Assembly (NCBI GenBank): GCA_964016885.1
Contig: CAXHJY010000428.1
Location: forward strand, 19,612 to 83,611
DNA: 64,000 bases
Direction: 5' to 3'
DNA from: Eledone cirrhosa
Lineage: Eukaryota
The position numbers and the translations under genes were made by a program. Shown piece after piece: positions 1 to 21,000 of this stretch (its first letter is position 1; the number at the start of each line of letters is the position of its first letter). The notes beneath the pieces were generated by a model, which did not search any database, had not been told where the DNA came from, and saw nothing but the letters and a program-made list of their open reading frames with translations.

Positions 1-3000
1 ATACATATACATACCTCCACACACAGACATATACATACATATACATACCTCCACACACAGACATATACATACATATACATACCTCCACACACACACACAC
101 ATATACATACATATACATACCTCCACACACAGACAGACATATATATACATACCTCCACACACAGACATATACATACATATACATACCTCCACACACACAC
201 AGACATATACATACATATACATACCTCCACACACAGACAGACATATATATACATACCTCCACACACAGACATATACATACATATACATACCTTCACACAC
301 ACACAGACCTATACATACATATACATACCTCCACACACAGACATATACATACATATACATACCTCCACACACAGACAGACATATACATACCTCCACACAC
401 ACACAGACATATACATACATATACATACCTCCACACACAGACATATACATACATATACATAACTCCACACACAGACATATACATACATATACATACCTCC
501 ACACACAGACAGACATATACATACATACACACACACACAGACATATACATACATATACATACCTCCACACACAGACATATACATACATATACATAACTCC
601 ACACACAGACATATACATACATATACATACCTCCACACACACACAGACATATACATACATATACATACCTCCACACACACACAGACATATACATACATAT
701 ACATACCACCACACACACACAGACATATACATACATATACATACCTCCACACACAGACATATACATACATATACATACCTCCACACACACACAGACATAT
801 ACATACATATACATACCTCCACACACAGACAGAGATATACATACATATACATACCACCACACACAGACATATACATACATATACATACCTCCACACACAC
901 ATAGACATATACATACATATACATACCTCCACACACAGACAGACATATACATACATATACATACCTCCACACACAGACATATACATACATATTCATACCT
1001 CCACACACAGACATATACATACATATACATACCTCCACACACAGACAGACAAATACATACATATACATACCTCCACACACACACAGACATATACATACAT
1101 ATACATACCTCCACACACACACAGACATATACATACATATACATACCTCCACACACAGACAGACATATACATACATATACATACCTCCACACACAGACAT
1201 ATACATACATATACATACCTCCACACACACACAGACATATACATACATATACATACCTCCACACACAGACATATACATACATATACATACCACCACACAC
1301 AGACAGACATATACATACATATACATACCTCCACACACAGACATATACATACATATACATACCTCCACACAGACAGACATATACATACATATACATACCT
1401 CCACACACACACAGACATATACATACATATACATACCTCCACACACAGACAGACATATACATATACATACCTCCACACACAGACAGACATATACAGACAT
1501 ATACATACCTCCACACACAGACATATACATACATATACATACCTCCACACACACACAGACATATACATACATATACATACCTCCACACACAGACATATAC
1601 ATACATATACATACCTCCACACACAGACAGACATATACATATACATACCTCCACACACAGACAGACATATACATACATATACATACCTCCACACACACAC
1701 AGACATATACATACATATACATACCTCCACACACACACAGACATATACATACATATACATACCTCCACACACACACAGACATATACATATACATACCTCC
1801 ACACACAGACATATACATACATATACATACCTCCACACACAGACACACATATACATACATATACATACCTCCACACACAGACAGACATATACATATACAT
1901 ACCTCCACACACAGACAGACATATACATACATATACATACCTCCACACACACACAGACATATACATACATATACATACCTCCACACACAGACATATACAT
2001 ACATATACATACCTCCACACACAGACAGACATATACATACATATACATACCTCCACACACAGACAGACATATACATACATATACATACCTCCACACACAG
2101 ACATATACATACATATACATACCTCCACACACAGACAGACATATACATACACATACATACCTCCACACACAGACATATACATACATATACATACCTCCAC
2201 ACACAGACACACATATACATACATATACATACCTCCACACACAGACATACACATACATATACATACCTCCACACACAGACATATACATACATATACATAC
2301 CTCCACACACAGACAGACATATACATACATATACATACCTCCACACACACACAGACATATACATACATATACATACCTCCACACACAGACAGACATATAC
2401 ATACATATACATACCTCCACACACAGACATACACATACATATACATACCTCCACACACAGACATATACATACATATACATACCTCCCCACACAGACATAT
2501 ACATACATATACATACCTCCACACACAGACATATACATACATATACATACCTCCACACACAGACATATACATACATATACATACCTCCACACACAGACAT
2601 ATACATACATATACATACCTCCACACACACATATACATACATATACATACCTCCACACACACACAGACATATACATACATATACACACCTCCACACACAG
2701 ACATATACATACATATACATACCTCCACACACAGACAGACATATACATACATATACATACCTCCACACACACACAGACATATACATACATATACATACCT
2801 CCACACACACACAGACATATACATACATATACATACCTCCACACACAGACATATACATACATATACATACCTCCACACACAGACATATACATACATATAC
2901 ATACCTCCACACACACACAGACATATACATACATATACATACCTCCACACACAGACATATACATACATATACATACCTCCACACACAGACATATACATAC

Positions 3001-6000
3001 ATATACATACCTCCACACACAGACATATACATACATATACATACCTCCACACACAGACATATACATACATATACATACCTCCACACACAGACATATACAT
3101 ACATATACATACCTCCACACACAGGCAGACATATACATACATATACATACCTCCACACACAGACATATACATACATATACATACCTCCACACACAGACAT
3201 ATACATACATATACATACCTCCACACACACACAGACATATACATACATATACATACCTCCACACACACACAGACATATACATACATATACATACCTCCAC
3301 ACACAGACATATACATACATATACATACCTCCACACACAGACATATACATACATATACATACCTCCACACACAGACATATACATACATATACATACCTCC
3401 ACACACAGACATATACATACATATACATACCTCCACACACAGACAGACATATACATACATATACATACCTCCACACACACACAGACATATACATACATAT
3501 ACATACCTCCACACACACACAGACATATACATACATATACATACCTCCACACACACACAGACATATACATACATATACATACCTCCACACACAGACATAT
3601 ACATACATATACATACCTCCACACACACACAGACATATACATACATATACATACCTCCACACACAGACATATACATACATATACATACCTCCACACACAC
3701 ACAGACATATACATACATATACATACCTCCACACACACACAGACATATACATACATATACATACCTCCACACACACACAGACATATACATACATATACAT
3801 ACCTCCACACACAGACATATACATACATATACATACCTCCACACACAGACATATACATACATATACATACCTCCACACACACACAGACATATACATACAT
3901 ATACATACCTCCACACACAGACATATACATACATATACATACCTCCACACACAGACATATACATACATATACATACCTCCACACACACACAGACATATAC
4001 ATACATATACATACCTCCACACACACACAGACATATACATACATATACATACCTCCACACACACACAGACATATACATACATATACATACCTCCACACAC
4101 AGACATATACATACATATACATACCTCCACACACAGACATATACATACATATACATACCTCCACACACACACAGACATATACATACATATACATACCTCC
4201 ACACACAGACATATACATACATATACATACCTCCACACACAGACATATACATACATATACATACCTCCACACACACACAGACATATACATACATATACAT
4301 ACCTCCACACACACACAGACATATACATACATATACATACCTCCACACACACACAGACATATACATACATATACATACCTCCACACACAGACATATACAT
4401 ACATATACATACCTCCACACACAGACAGACATATACAAATATATACATACCTCCACACACACACAGACATATACATACATATACATACCTCCACACACAC
4501 ACAGACATATACATACATATACATACCTCCACACACACACAGACATATACATACATATACATACCTCCACACACAGACATATACATACATATACATACCT
4601 CCACACACACACAGACATATACATACATATACATACCTCCACACACACACAGACATATACATACATATACATACCTCCACACACACACAGACATATACAT
4701 ACATATACATACCTCCACACACAGACATATACATACATATACATACCTCCACACACAGACATATACATACATATACATACCTCCACACACACACAGACAT
4801 ATACATACATATACATACCTCCACACACAGACATATACATACATATACATACCTCCACACACAGACATATACATACATATACATACCTCCACACACACAC
4901 ACACATATACATACATATACATACCTCCACACACAGACAGACATATATATACATACCTCCACACACAGACATATACATACATATACATACCTCCACACAC
5001 ACACAGACATATACATACATATACATACCTCCACACACAGACAGACATATATATACATACCTCCACACACAGACATATACATACATATACATACCTTCAC
5101 ACACACACAGACCTATACATACATATACATACCTCCACACACAGACATATACATACATATACATACCTCCACACACAGACAGACATATATATACATATAC
5201 ATACCTCCACACACACACAGACATATACATACATATACATACCTCCACACACAGACATATACATACATATACATAACTCCACACACAGACATATACATAC
5301 ATATACATACCTCCACACACAGACAGACATATACATACATACACATACCTCCACACACACACAGACATATACATACATATACATACCTCCACACACACAC
5401 AGACATATACATACATATACATACCACCACACACACACAGACATATACATACATATACATACCTCCACACACAGACATATACATACATATACATACCTCC
5501 ACACACACATAGACATATACATACATATACATACCTCCACACACACACAGACATATACATACATATACATACCACCACACACAGACATATACATACATAT
5601 ACATACCTCCACACACACATAGACATATACATACATATACATACCTCCACACACAGACAGACATATACATACATATACATACCTCCACACACAGACATAT
5701 ACATACATATACATACCTCCACACACAGACATATACATACATATACATACCTCCACACACAGACAGACAAATACATACATATACATACCTCCACACACAC
5801 ACAGACATATACATACATATACATACCTCCACACACACACAGACATATACATACATATACATACCTCCACACACAGACAGACATATACATACATATACAT
5901 ACCTCCACACACAGACATATACATACATATACATACCTCCACACACACACAGACATATACATACATATACATACCTCCACACACAGACATATACATACAT

Positions 6001-9000
6001 ATACATACCACCACACACAGACAGACATATACATACATATACATACCTCCACACACAGACATATACATACATATACATACCTCCACACACACACAGACAT
6101 ATACATACATATACATACCTCCACACAGACAGACATATACATACATATACATACCTCCACACACACACAGACATATACATACATATACATACCTCCACAC
6201 ACACAGACATATACATACATATACATACCTCCACACACAGACAGACATATACATATACATACCTCCACACACAGACAGACATATACAGACATATACATAC
6301 CTCCACACACAGACATACACATACATATACATACCTCCACACACAGACATATACATACATATACATACCTCCCCACACAGACATATACATACATATACAT
6401 ACCTCCACACACAGACATATACATACATATACATACCTCCACACACAGACATATACATACATATACATACCTCCACACACAGACATATACATACATATAC
6501 ATACCTCCACACACACATATACATACATATACATACCTCCACACACACACAGACATATACATACATATACACACCTCCACACACAGACATATACATACAT
6601 ATACATACCTCCACACACAGACAGACATATACATACATATACATACCTCCACACACACACAGACATATACATACATATACATACCTCCACACACACACAG
6701 ACATATACATACATATACATACCTCCACAGTACACACAGACATATACATACATATACATACCTCCACACACAGACATATACATACATATACATACCTCCA
6801 CACACAGACATATACATACATATACATACCTCCACACACACACAGACATATACATACATATACATACCTCCACACACACACAGACATATACATACATATA
6901 CATACCTCCACACACAGACATATACATACATATACATACCTCCACACACAGCAGACATATACATACATATACATACCTCCACACACAGACATATACATAC
7001 ATATACATACCTCCACACACACACAGACATATACATACATATACATACCTCCACACACACACAGACATATACATACATATACATACCTCCACACACACAC
7101 AGACATATACATACATATACATACCTCCACACACAGACATATACATACATATACATACCTCCACACACACACAGACATATACATACATATACATACCTCC
7201 ACACACAGACATATACATACATATACATACCTCCACACACAGACATATACATACATATACATACCTCCACACACACACAGACATATACATACATATACAT
7301 ACCTCCACACACACACAGACATATACATACATATACATACCTCCACACACACACAGACATATACATACATATACATACCTCCACACACAGACATATACAT
7401 ACATATACATACCTCCACACACAGGCAGACATATACATACATACCTCACACACACAGACATATACATACATATACATACCTCCACACACAGACATATACA
7501 TACATATACATACCTCCACACACAGACATATACATACATATACATACCTCCACACACAGACAGACATATACATACATATACATACCTCCACACACACACA
7601 GACATATACATACATATACATACCTCCACACACACACAGACATATACATACATATACATACCTCCACACACACACAGACATATACATACATATACATACC
7701 TCCACACACACACAGACATATACATACATATACATACCTCCACACACAGACATATACATACATATACATACCTCCACACACAGACATATACATACATATA
7801 CATACCTCCACACACACACAGACATATACATACATATACATACCTCCACACACAGACATATACATACATATACATACCTCCACACACAGACATATACATA
7901 CATATACATACCTCCACACACACACAGACATATACATACATATACATACCTCCACACACAGACATATACATACATATACATACCTCCACACACACACAGA
8001 CATATACATACATATACATACCTCCACACACAGACATATACATACATATACATACCTCCACACACAGACATATACATACATATACATACCTCCACACACA
8101 CACAGACATATACATACATATACATACCTCCACACACACACAGACATATACATACATATACATACCTCCACACACACACAGACATATACATACATATACA
8201 TACCTCCACACACAGACATATACATACATATACATACCTCCACACACAGACATATACATACATATACATACCTCCACACACACACAGACATATACATACA
8301 TATACATACCTCCACACACACACAGACATATACATACATATACATACCTCCACACACACACAGACATATACATACATATACATACCTCCACACACAGACA
8401 TATACATACATATACATACCTCCACACACAGACATATACATACATATACATACCTCCACACACACACAGACATATACATACATATACATACCTCCACACA
8501 CACAGACATATACATACATATACATACCTCCACACACAGACATATACATACATATACATACCTCCACACACACACAGACATATACATACATATACATACC
8601 TCCACACACACACAGACATATACATACATATACATACCTCCACACACACACAGACATATACATACATATACATACCTCCACACACAGACATATACATACA
8701 TATACATACCTCCACACACAGACAGACATATACAAATATATACATACCTCCACACACAGACATATACATACATATACATACCTCCACACACAGACATATA
8801 CATACATATACATACCTCCACACACAGACATATACATACAATATACATACCTCCACACACACACAGACATATACATACATATACATACCTCCACACACAG
8901 ACATATACATACATATACATACCTCCACACACAGACATATACATACATATACATACCTCCACACACACACAGACATATACATACATATACATACCTCCAC

Positions 9001-12000
9001 ACAACACACAGACATATACATACATATACATACCTCCACACACACACAGACATATACATACATATACATACCTCCACACACACAGACATATACATACATA
9101 TACATAACCTCCACACACACAGACATATACATACATATACATACCTCCACACACACAGACATATACATACATATACATACCTCCACACACAACAGACATA
9201 TACATACATATACATACCTCCACACAACACACAGACATATACATACATATACATACCTCCACACACACACAGACATATACATACATATACATACCTCCAC
9301 ACACAGACATATACATACATATACATACCTCCACACACAGACATATACATACATATACATACCTCCACACACACACAGACATATACATACATATACATAC
9401 CTCCACACACAGACATATACATACATATACATACCTCCACACCACACAGACATATACATACATATACATACCTCACACACACACAGACATATACATACAT
9501 ATACATACCTCCACACACACAGACATATACAATACATATACATACCTCAACACACACACAGACATATACATACATATACATACCTCCACACACACAGACA
9601 TATACATACATATACATACCTCCACACACAGACATATACATACATATACATACCTCCACACACACACAGACATATACATACATATACATACCTCCACACA
9701 CAACAGACATATACATACATATACATACCTCCACACACACAGACATATACATACATATACATACCTCCACACACAGACATTACATACATATACATACCTC
9801 CACACACAGACATATACATACATATACATACCTCCACACACACACAGACATATACATACATATACATACCTCCACACACACAGACATATACATACATATA
9901 CATACCTCCACACACACAGACATATACATACATATACATACCTCCACACACACAGACATATACATACATATACATACCTCCACACACACACAGACATATA
10001 CATACATATACATACCTCCACACACAGACAGAACATATATACATACCTCCACACACAGACATATACATACATATACATACCTCCACACACACACAAGACA
10101 TATACATACATATACATACCTCCACACACAGACAGACATATTATACATATACCTCCACACACAGACATATACATACATATACATCACCTTCACACACACA
10201 CACAGACATATACATACATATACATACCTCCACACACAGACATATACATACATATACATACCTCCACACACAGACAGACATATACATACATACTACATAC
10301 CTCCACACACAGACATATACATACATATACATACCTCCACACACAGACATATACATACATATACATACCTCCACACACAGACATATACATACATATACAT
10401 AACCTCCACACACAGACAGACATATACATACATACACATACCTCCACACACACACAGACATATACATACATATACATACCTCCACACACACACAGACATA
10501 TACATACATATACATACCTCCACACACACAACAGACATATACATACATATACATACCTCCACACACAGACATATACATACATATACATACCTCCACACAC
10601 ACACAGACATATACATACATATACATACCTCCCACACACAGACAGAGATATACATACATATACATACCACCACACACACAGACATATACATACATATACA
10701 TACCTCCACACACACACAGACATATACATACATATACATACCTCCACACACAGACAGACATATACATACATATACATACCTCCACACACACAGACATATA
10801 CATACATATACATACCTCCACACACAGACATATACATACATATACATACCTCCACACACAGACAGACAAATACATACATATACATACCTCCACACACACA
10901 CAGACATATACATACATATACATACCTCCACACACACAGACATATACATACATATACATACCTCCACACACAGACAGACATATACATACATATACATACC
11001 TCCACACACAACAGACATATACATACATATACATACCTCCACACACACACAGACATATACATACATATACATACCTCCACACACAGACATATACATACAT
11101 ATACATACCACCACACACAGACAGACATATACATACATATACATACCTCCACACACAGACATATACATACATATACATACCTCCACACAGACAGACATAT
11201 ACATACATATACATACCTCCACACACACACAGACATATACATACATATACATACCTCCACACACAGACTATACATATACATATACATACCTCCACACACA
11301 GACAGACATATACATACATATACATACCTCCACACACAGCACAGACATATACATACATATACATACCTCCACACACACAGACATATACATACATATACAT
11401 ACCTCCACACACAGCACAGACATATACAATATACATACCTCCACACACAGACATATACATACATATACATACCTCCACACACAGACACGACATATACATA
11501 CATATACATACCTCCACACACAGACAGACATATACATACATATACATACCTCCACACACAGACATATACATACATATACATACCTCCACACACAGACATA
11601 TACATACATATACATACCTCCACACACAGACAGACATATACATACATATACATACCTCCACACACAGACAGACATATACATACATATACATACCTCCACA
11701 CACACACAGACATATACATACATATACATACCTCCACACACAGACAGACATATACATACATATACATACCTCCACACACAGACAGACATATACATACATA
11801 TACATACCTCCACACACAGACATATACATACATATACATACCTCCACACACAGACAGACATATACATACACTATACATACCTCCACACACAGACATATAC
11901 ATACATATACATACCTCCACACACAGACACACATATACATACATATACATACCTCCACACACAGACATACACATACATATACATACCTCCACACACAGAC

Positions 12001-15000
12001 ATATACATACATATACATACCTCCCACACACACAGACATATACATACATATACATACCTCCACACACACGACAGACATATACATACATATACATACCTCC
12101 ACACACAGACAGACATATACATACCTCCACACACACACAGACATATACATACATATACATACCTCCACACACACACAGACATATACATACATATACATAC
12201 CTCCACACACACACAGACATATACATACATATACATACCTCCACACACAGCAGACATGTACATACATATACATACCTCCACACACAGACATATACATACA
12301 TATACATACCTCCACACACAGACATATACATACATATACATACCTCCACACACAGCAACATATACATATATATACAATACCTCCACACAACAGACATATA
12401 CATACATATACATACCTCCACACACACAGCAGACATATACATACATATACATACCTCCACACACACAGACATATACATAACATATACATACCTCCACACA
12501 CAGACATATACATACATATACATACCTCCACACACAGACATATACATACATATACATACCTCCACACACAGACATATACATACATATACATACCTCCACA
12601 CAACAGACATATACATACATATACATACCTCCACACACAGACATATACATACATATACATAACCTCCACACACACACAGACATATACATACATATACATA
12701 CCTCCACACAACACAGACATATACATACATATACATACCTCCAACACACACACAGACATATACATACATATAACATACCTCCACACACACAGACATATAC
12801 ATACATATACATACCTCCACACACAGACAGACATATACATACATATACAGACCTCCACACACAGACAGACATATACATACATATACATACCTCACACACA
12901 GACATATACATACATATACATACCACCACACACAGAACAGACATAATACATACATATACATACCTCCACACACACAGACATATACATACATATACATACC
13001 TCCACACACAGACAGACATATAATACATACAATATACATACCTCCACACACACACAGACATATACATATATATACATACCTCCACACACAGACAGACATA
13101 TACATACATATACATACCTCCACACACAGACAGACATATACATACATATACATACCTCCCACACACACACAGATATATACATACATATACATACCTCCAC
13201 ACACAAGACAGACATATACATACATATACATACCTCCACAACACACACAGACATATACATACATATACATACCTCCACACACAGACATATACATACATAT
13301 ACATACCTCCACACACAGAACAGACATATACATACAATATACATACCTCCACACACACACAGACATATACATACATATACATACCTCCACACACACACAG
13401 ACATATACATACATATACATACCACCACACACACACAGACATATACATACATATACATACCTCCACACACAGACAGACATATACAATACATATACATACC
13501 TCCACACACACACAGACATATACATACATATACATACCTCCACACACAGACAGACATATACATACATATACATACCTCCACACACAGACATATACATACA
13601 TATACATACCTCCACACACAGACATATACATACATATACATACCTCCACACACACACAGACATATACATACATATACATACCTCCACACAACACACAGAC
13701 ATATACATACATATACATACCTCCACACACACAGACATATACATACATATACATACCACCACACACAGACATATACATACATATACATACCTCCACACAC
13801 AGACAGACATATACATACATATACATACCTCCACACACAGACAGACATATACATACATATACATACCTCCACACACACACAGACATATACATACATATAC
13901 ATACCTCCACACACAGACAGACATATACATACATATACATACCTCCACACACAGACAGACATATACATACATATACATACCACCACACACACACAGACAT
14001 ATACATACATATACATACCTCCACACACAGACAGACATATACATACATATACATACCTCCACACACACACAGACATATACATACATATACATACCTCCAC
14101 ACACAGACAGACATATACATACATATACATACCTCCACACACAGACAGACATATACATACATATACATACCTCCACACACAGACATATACATACATATAC
14201 ATACCTCCACACACAGACATATACATACATATACATACCTCCACACACAGACAGACATATACATACATATACATACCTCCACACACACACAGACATATAC
14301 ATACATATACATACCTCCACACACACAGACATATACATACATATACATACCTCCCACACACAGACAGACATATACATACATATACATACCTCCACACACA
14401 CACAGACATATACATACATATACATACCTCCACAACACAGACATATACATACATATACATACCTCCACACACAGACAGACATATACATACATATACATAC
14501 CTCCACACACACACAGACATATACATACATATACATACCTCCACACACAGACATATACATACATATACATACCTCCACACACACGACAGACATATACATA
14601 CATATACATACCTCCACACACACACAGACATATACATACATATACATACCTCCACACACACAGACATATACATACATATACATACCTCCACACACAGACA
14701 GACATATACATACATATACATACCTCCACACACACACAGACATATACATACATATACATACCTCCACACAGACAGACATATACATACATATACATACCTC
14801 CACACACAGACAGACATATACATACATATACATACCTCCACACACACACAGACATATACATACATATACATACCTCCACACACAGACATACATACATATA
14901 CATACCTCCACACACAGACATATACATACATATACATACCTCCACACACAGACATATACATACATATACATACCTCCACACACACACAGACATATACATA

Positions 15001-18000
15001 CATATACATACCTCCACACACAGACAGACATATACATACATATACATACCTCCACACACACACAGACATATACATACATATACATACCTCACACACACAC
15101 AGACATATACATACATATACATACCACCACACAACAGACATATACATACATATACATACCTCCACACACACACAGACATATACATACATATACATACCTC
15201 CACACACAGACATATACATACATATACATACCTCCACACACAGACAATATACATACATATACATACCTCCACACACAGACATATACATACAACATACATA
15301 ACTCCACACAGAGACATATACATACATATACATACCTCCACACACACACAGACATACTACATACCTCCACACACAGACAGACATATACATACATATACAT
15401 ACCTCCACACACAGACAGACATATACATACATATACATACCTCCACACACAGACATATACATACATATACATACCTCCACACACACACAGAACATATAAC
15501 ATACATATACATACCTCCACACACAGACATATACATACATATACATACCTCCACACACAACAGACATATACATACATATACATACCTCCACACACACACA
15601 GACATATACATACATATACATACCTCCACACACAGACAGACATATACATACATATACATACCTCCACACACAGACATATACATACATATACATACCTCCA
15701 CACACACGACAGACATACATACATATACATACCTCCACACACAGACAGACATATACATACATATACATACCTCCACACACACACAGACATATACATAACA
15801 TATACATACCTCCACACACAGACATATACATACATATACATACCTCCACACACAGACAGACATATACATACATATACATACGCTCCACACACAGACAATA
15901 TACATACATATACATACCTCCACACACAGACAGACATATACATACATACATACCTCACACACACAGACATATACATACATATACATACCTCCACACACAC
16001 AGACACATATACATACATATACATACCTCCACACACACACAGACATATACATACATATACATACCTCCACACACACACAGACATATACATACATATACAT
16101 ACCTCCACACACACACAGACATATACATACATATACATACCTCCACACACACACAGACATATACATACATATACATACCTCCACACACAGACATATACAT
16201 ACATATACATACCTCCACACACACAGACATATACATACATATACATACCTCCACACACACAGGACAACATATACATACATATACATACCTCCACACACAC
16301 ACAGACATATACATACATATACATAACCTCCACACACACACAGACATATACATACATATACATACCTCCACACACACACAGACATATACATACATATACA
16401 TACCTCCACACAAACACACAGACAGATATACATACATATACATACCTCCACACACACAGACATATACATACAATATACATACCTACATACACACAGACAT
16501 ATACATATACATAACCTCCACACACACACAGACATATACATATACATACCTCCACACACACACAGACACCTCCACACACACACAGACATATACATACATA
16601 TACATACCTCCACACACAGACAGACATATACATACATATACATACCTCCACACACACACAGACATATACATACATATACATACCTCCACACACAGACATA
16701 TACATACATATTCATACCTCCACACACAGACATATACATACATATACATACCTCCACACACAGACATATATATACATATACATACCTCCACACACAGACA
16801 TATACATACATATACATACCTCCACACACACACAGACATATACATACATATACATACCTCCACACACAGACATATACATACATATACATACCTCCACACA
16901 CAGACATATACATACATATACATACCTCCACACACAGACAGACATATACATACATATACATACCTCCACACACAGACATATACATACATATACATACCTC
17001 CACACACAGACAGACATATACATACATATACATACCTCCACACACAGACATATACATACATATACATAACTCCACACACAGACAAACATATACATACATA
17101 TACATACCTCCACACACACACAGACATATACATACATATACATACCTCCACACACACACAGACATATACATACATATACATACCTCCACACACACACAGA
17201 CATATACATACATATACATACCTCCACACACACACAGACATATACATACATATACATACCTCCACACACAGACATATACATACATATACATACCTCCACA
17301 CACAGACAGACATATACATACACATACATACCTCCACACACACACAGACATACACATACATATACATACCTCCACACACACACAGACATATACATACATA
17401 TACATACCTCCACACACACACAGACATATACATACATATACATACCTCCACATACACACAGACATATACATACATATACATACCTCCACACACACAGACA
17501 TATACATACATATACATACCTACATACACACAGACATATACATATACATACCTCCACACACACACAGACATATACATATACATACCTCCACACACACACA
17601 GACATATACATACATATACATACCTCCACACACAGACATATACATACATATACATACCTCCACACACAGACAGACATATACATACATATACATACCTCCA
17701 CACACACACAGACATATACATACATATACATACCTCCACACACAGACATATACATACATATTCATACCTCCACACACAGACATATACATACATATACATA
17801 CCTCCACACACAGACATATATATACATATACATACCTCCACACACAGACATATACATACATATACATACCTCCACACACAGACATATACATACATATACA
17901 TACCTCCACACACACACAGACATATACATACATATACATACCTCCACACACACACAGACATATACATACATATACATGCCTCCACACACACACAGACATA

Positions 18001-21000
18001 TACATACATATACATACCTCCACACACAGACATATACATACATATACATACCTCCACACACACACAGACATATACATACATATACATACCTCCACACACA
18101 GACAGACATATATATACATACCTCCACACACAGACATATACATACATATACATACCTCCACACACACACAGACATATACATACACATACATACCTTCACA
18201 CACACACAGACATACACATACATATACATACCTCCACACACAGACATATACATACATATACATACCTCCACACACAGACAGACATATACATACATATACA
18301 TACCTCCACACACACACAGACATATACATACATATACATACCTCCACACACAGACATATACATACATATACATACCTCCACACACACACAGACATATACA
18401 TACATATACATACCTCCACACACAGACAGACATATATATACATACCTCCACACACAGACATATACATACATATACATACCTCCACACACAGACAGACATA
18501 TACATACACATACATACCTTCACACACACACAGACATACACATACATATACATACCTCCACACACAGACATATACATACATATACATACCTCCACACACA
18601 CACAGACATATACATACATATACATACCTCCACACACAGACATATACATACATATACATACCTCCACACACACACAGACATATACATACATATACATACC
18701 TCCACACACAGACATATACATACATATACATACCTCCACACACACACAGACATATACATACATATACATACCTCCACACACACACAGACATATACATACA
18801 TATACATACCTCCACACACAGACATATACATACATATACATACCTCCACACACAGACATATACATACATATACATACCTCCACACACAGACATATACATA
18901 CATATACATACCTCCACACACAGACAGACATATACATACATATACATACCTCCACACACAGACATATACATACATATACATACCTCCACACACAGACATA
19001 TACATACATATACATACCTCCACACACAGACAGACATATACATACATATACATACCTCCTCACACACACAGACATATACATACATATACATACCTCCACA
19101 CACAGACATATACATACATATACATACCTCCACACACAGACAGACATATACATACATATACATACCTCCACACACAGACATATACAAACATATACATACC
19201 TCCACACACAGACATATACATACATATACATACCTCCACACACACACAGACATATACATACATATACATACCTCCACACACAGACATATACATACATATA
19301 CATACCTCCACACACAGACAGACATATATATACATATACATACCTCCACACACACACAGACATATACATACATATACATACCTCCACACACAGACATATA
19401 CATACATATACATACCTCCACACACACACAGACATATACATACATATACATACCTCCACACACACACAGACATATACATACATATACATACCTCCACACA
19501 GACAGACATATACATACATATACATACCTCCACACACACACAGACATATACATACATATACATACCTCCACACACACACAGACATATACATACATATACA
19601 TACCTCCACACACAGACATATACATACATATACATACCTCCACACACAGACAGACATATACATACATATACATACCTCCACACACAGACATATACATACA
19701 TATACATACCTCCACACACAGACATATACATACATATACATACCTCCTCACACACACAGACATATACATACATATACATACCTCCACACACAGACATATA
19801 CATACATATACATACCTCCACACACAGACAGACATATACATACATATACATACCTCCACACACTCACAGACATATACATACATATACATACCTCCACACA
19901 CAGACATATACATACATATACATACCTCCACACACAGACAGACATATACATACATATACATACCTCTCCACACACACACAGACATATACATACATATACA
20001 TACCTCCACACACAGACATATACATACATATACATACCTCCACACACAGACAGACATATACATACATATACATACCTCCACACACAGACAAGACATATAC
20101 ATACATATACATACCTCCACACACACACAGACATATACATACATATACATACCTCCACACACAGACATATACATACATATACATACCTCCACACAGACAG
20201 ACATATACATACATATACATACCTCCACAACACACAGACATATACATACATATACATACCTCCACACACAACAGACATATACATACATATACATACCTCC
20301 ACACACACACAGACATATACATACATATACATACCTCCACACACACACAGACATATACATACATATACATACCTCACACACACAGACATATACATACATA
20401 TACATACCTCCACACACACAGACATATACAATACATATACATACCTCCACACACAGACAGACATATACATACATATACATACCTCCACACACAGACAGAC
20501 ATATACATACATATACATACCTCACACACACAGACATATACATACATATACATACCTCCACACACAGACATATACATACATATACATACCTCCACACACA
20601 GACAGACATATACATACATATACATACCTCTCACACACACAGACATATACATACATATACATACCTCCACACACAGACATATACATACATATACATACCT
20701 CCACACACAGACAGACATATACATACATATACATACCTCCACACACACACAGACATATACATACATATACATACCTCCACACACAGACATATACATACAT
20801 ATACATACCTCCACACACAGACAGACATATACATACATATACATACCTCCACACACACACAGACATATACATACATATACATACCTCCACACACACACAG
20901 ACATATACATACATATACATACCTCCACACACAGACATATACATACATATACATACCTCCACACACACACAGACATATACATACATATACATACCTCCAC

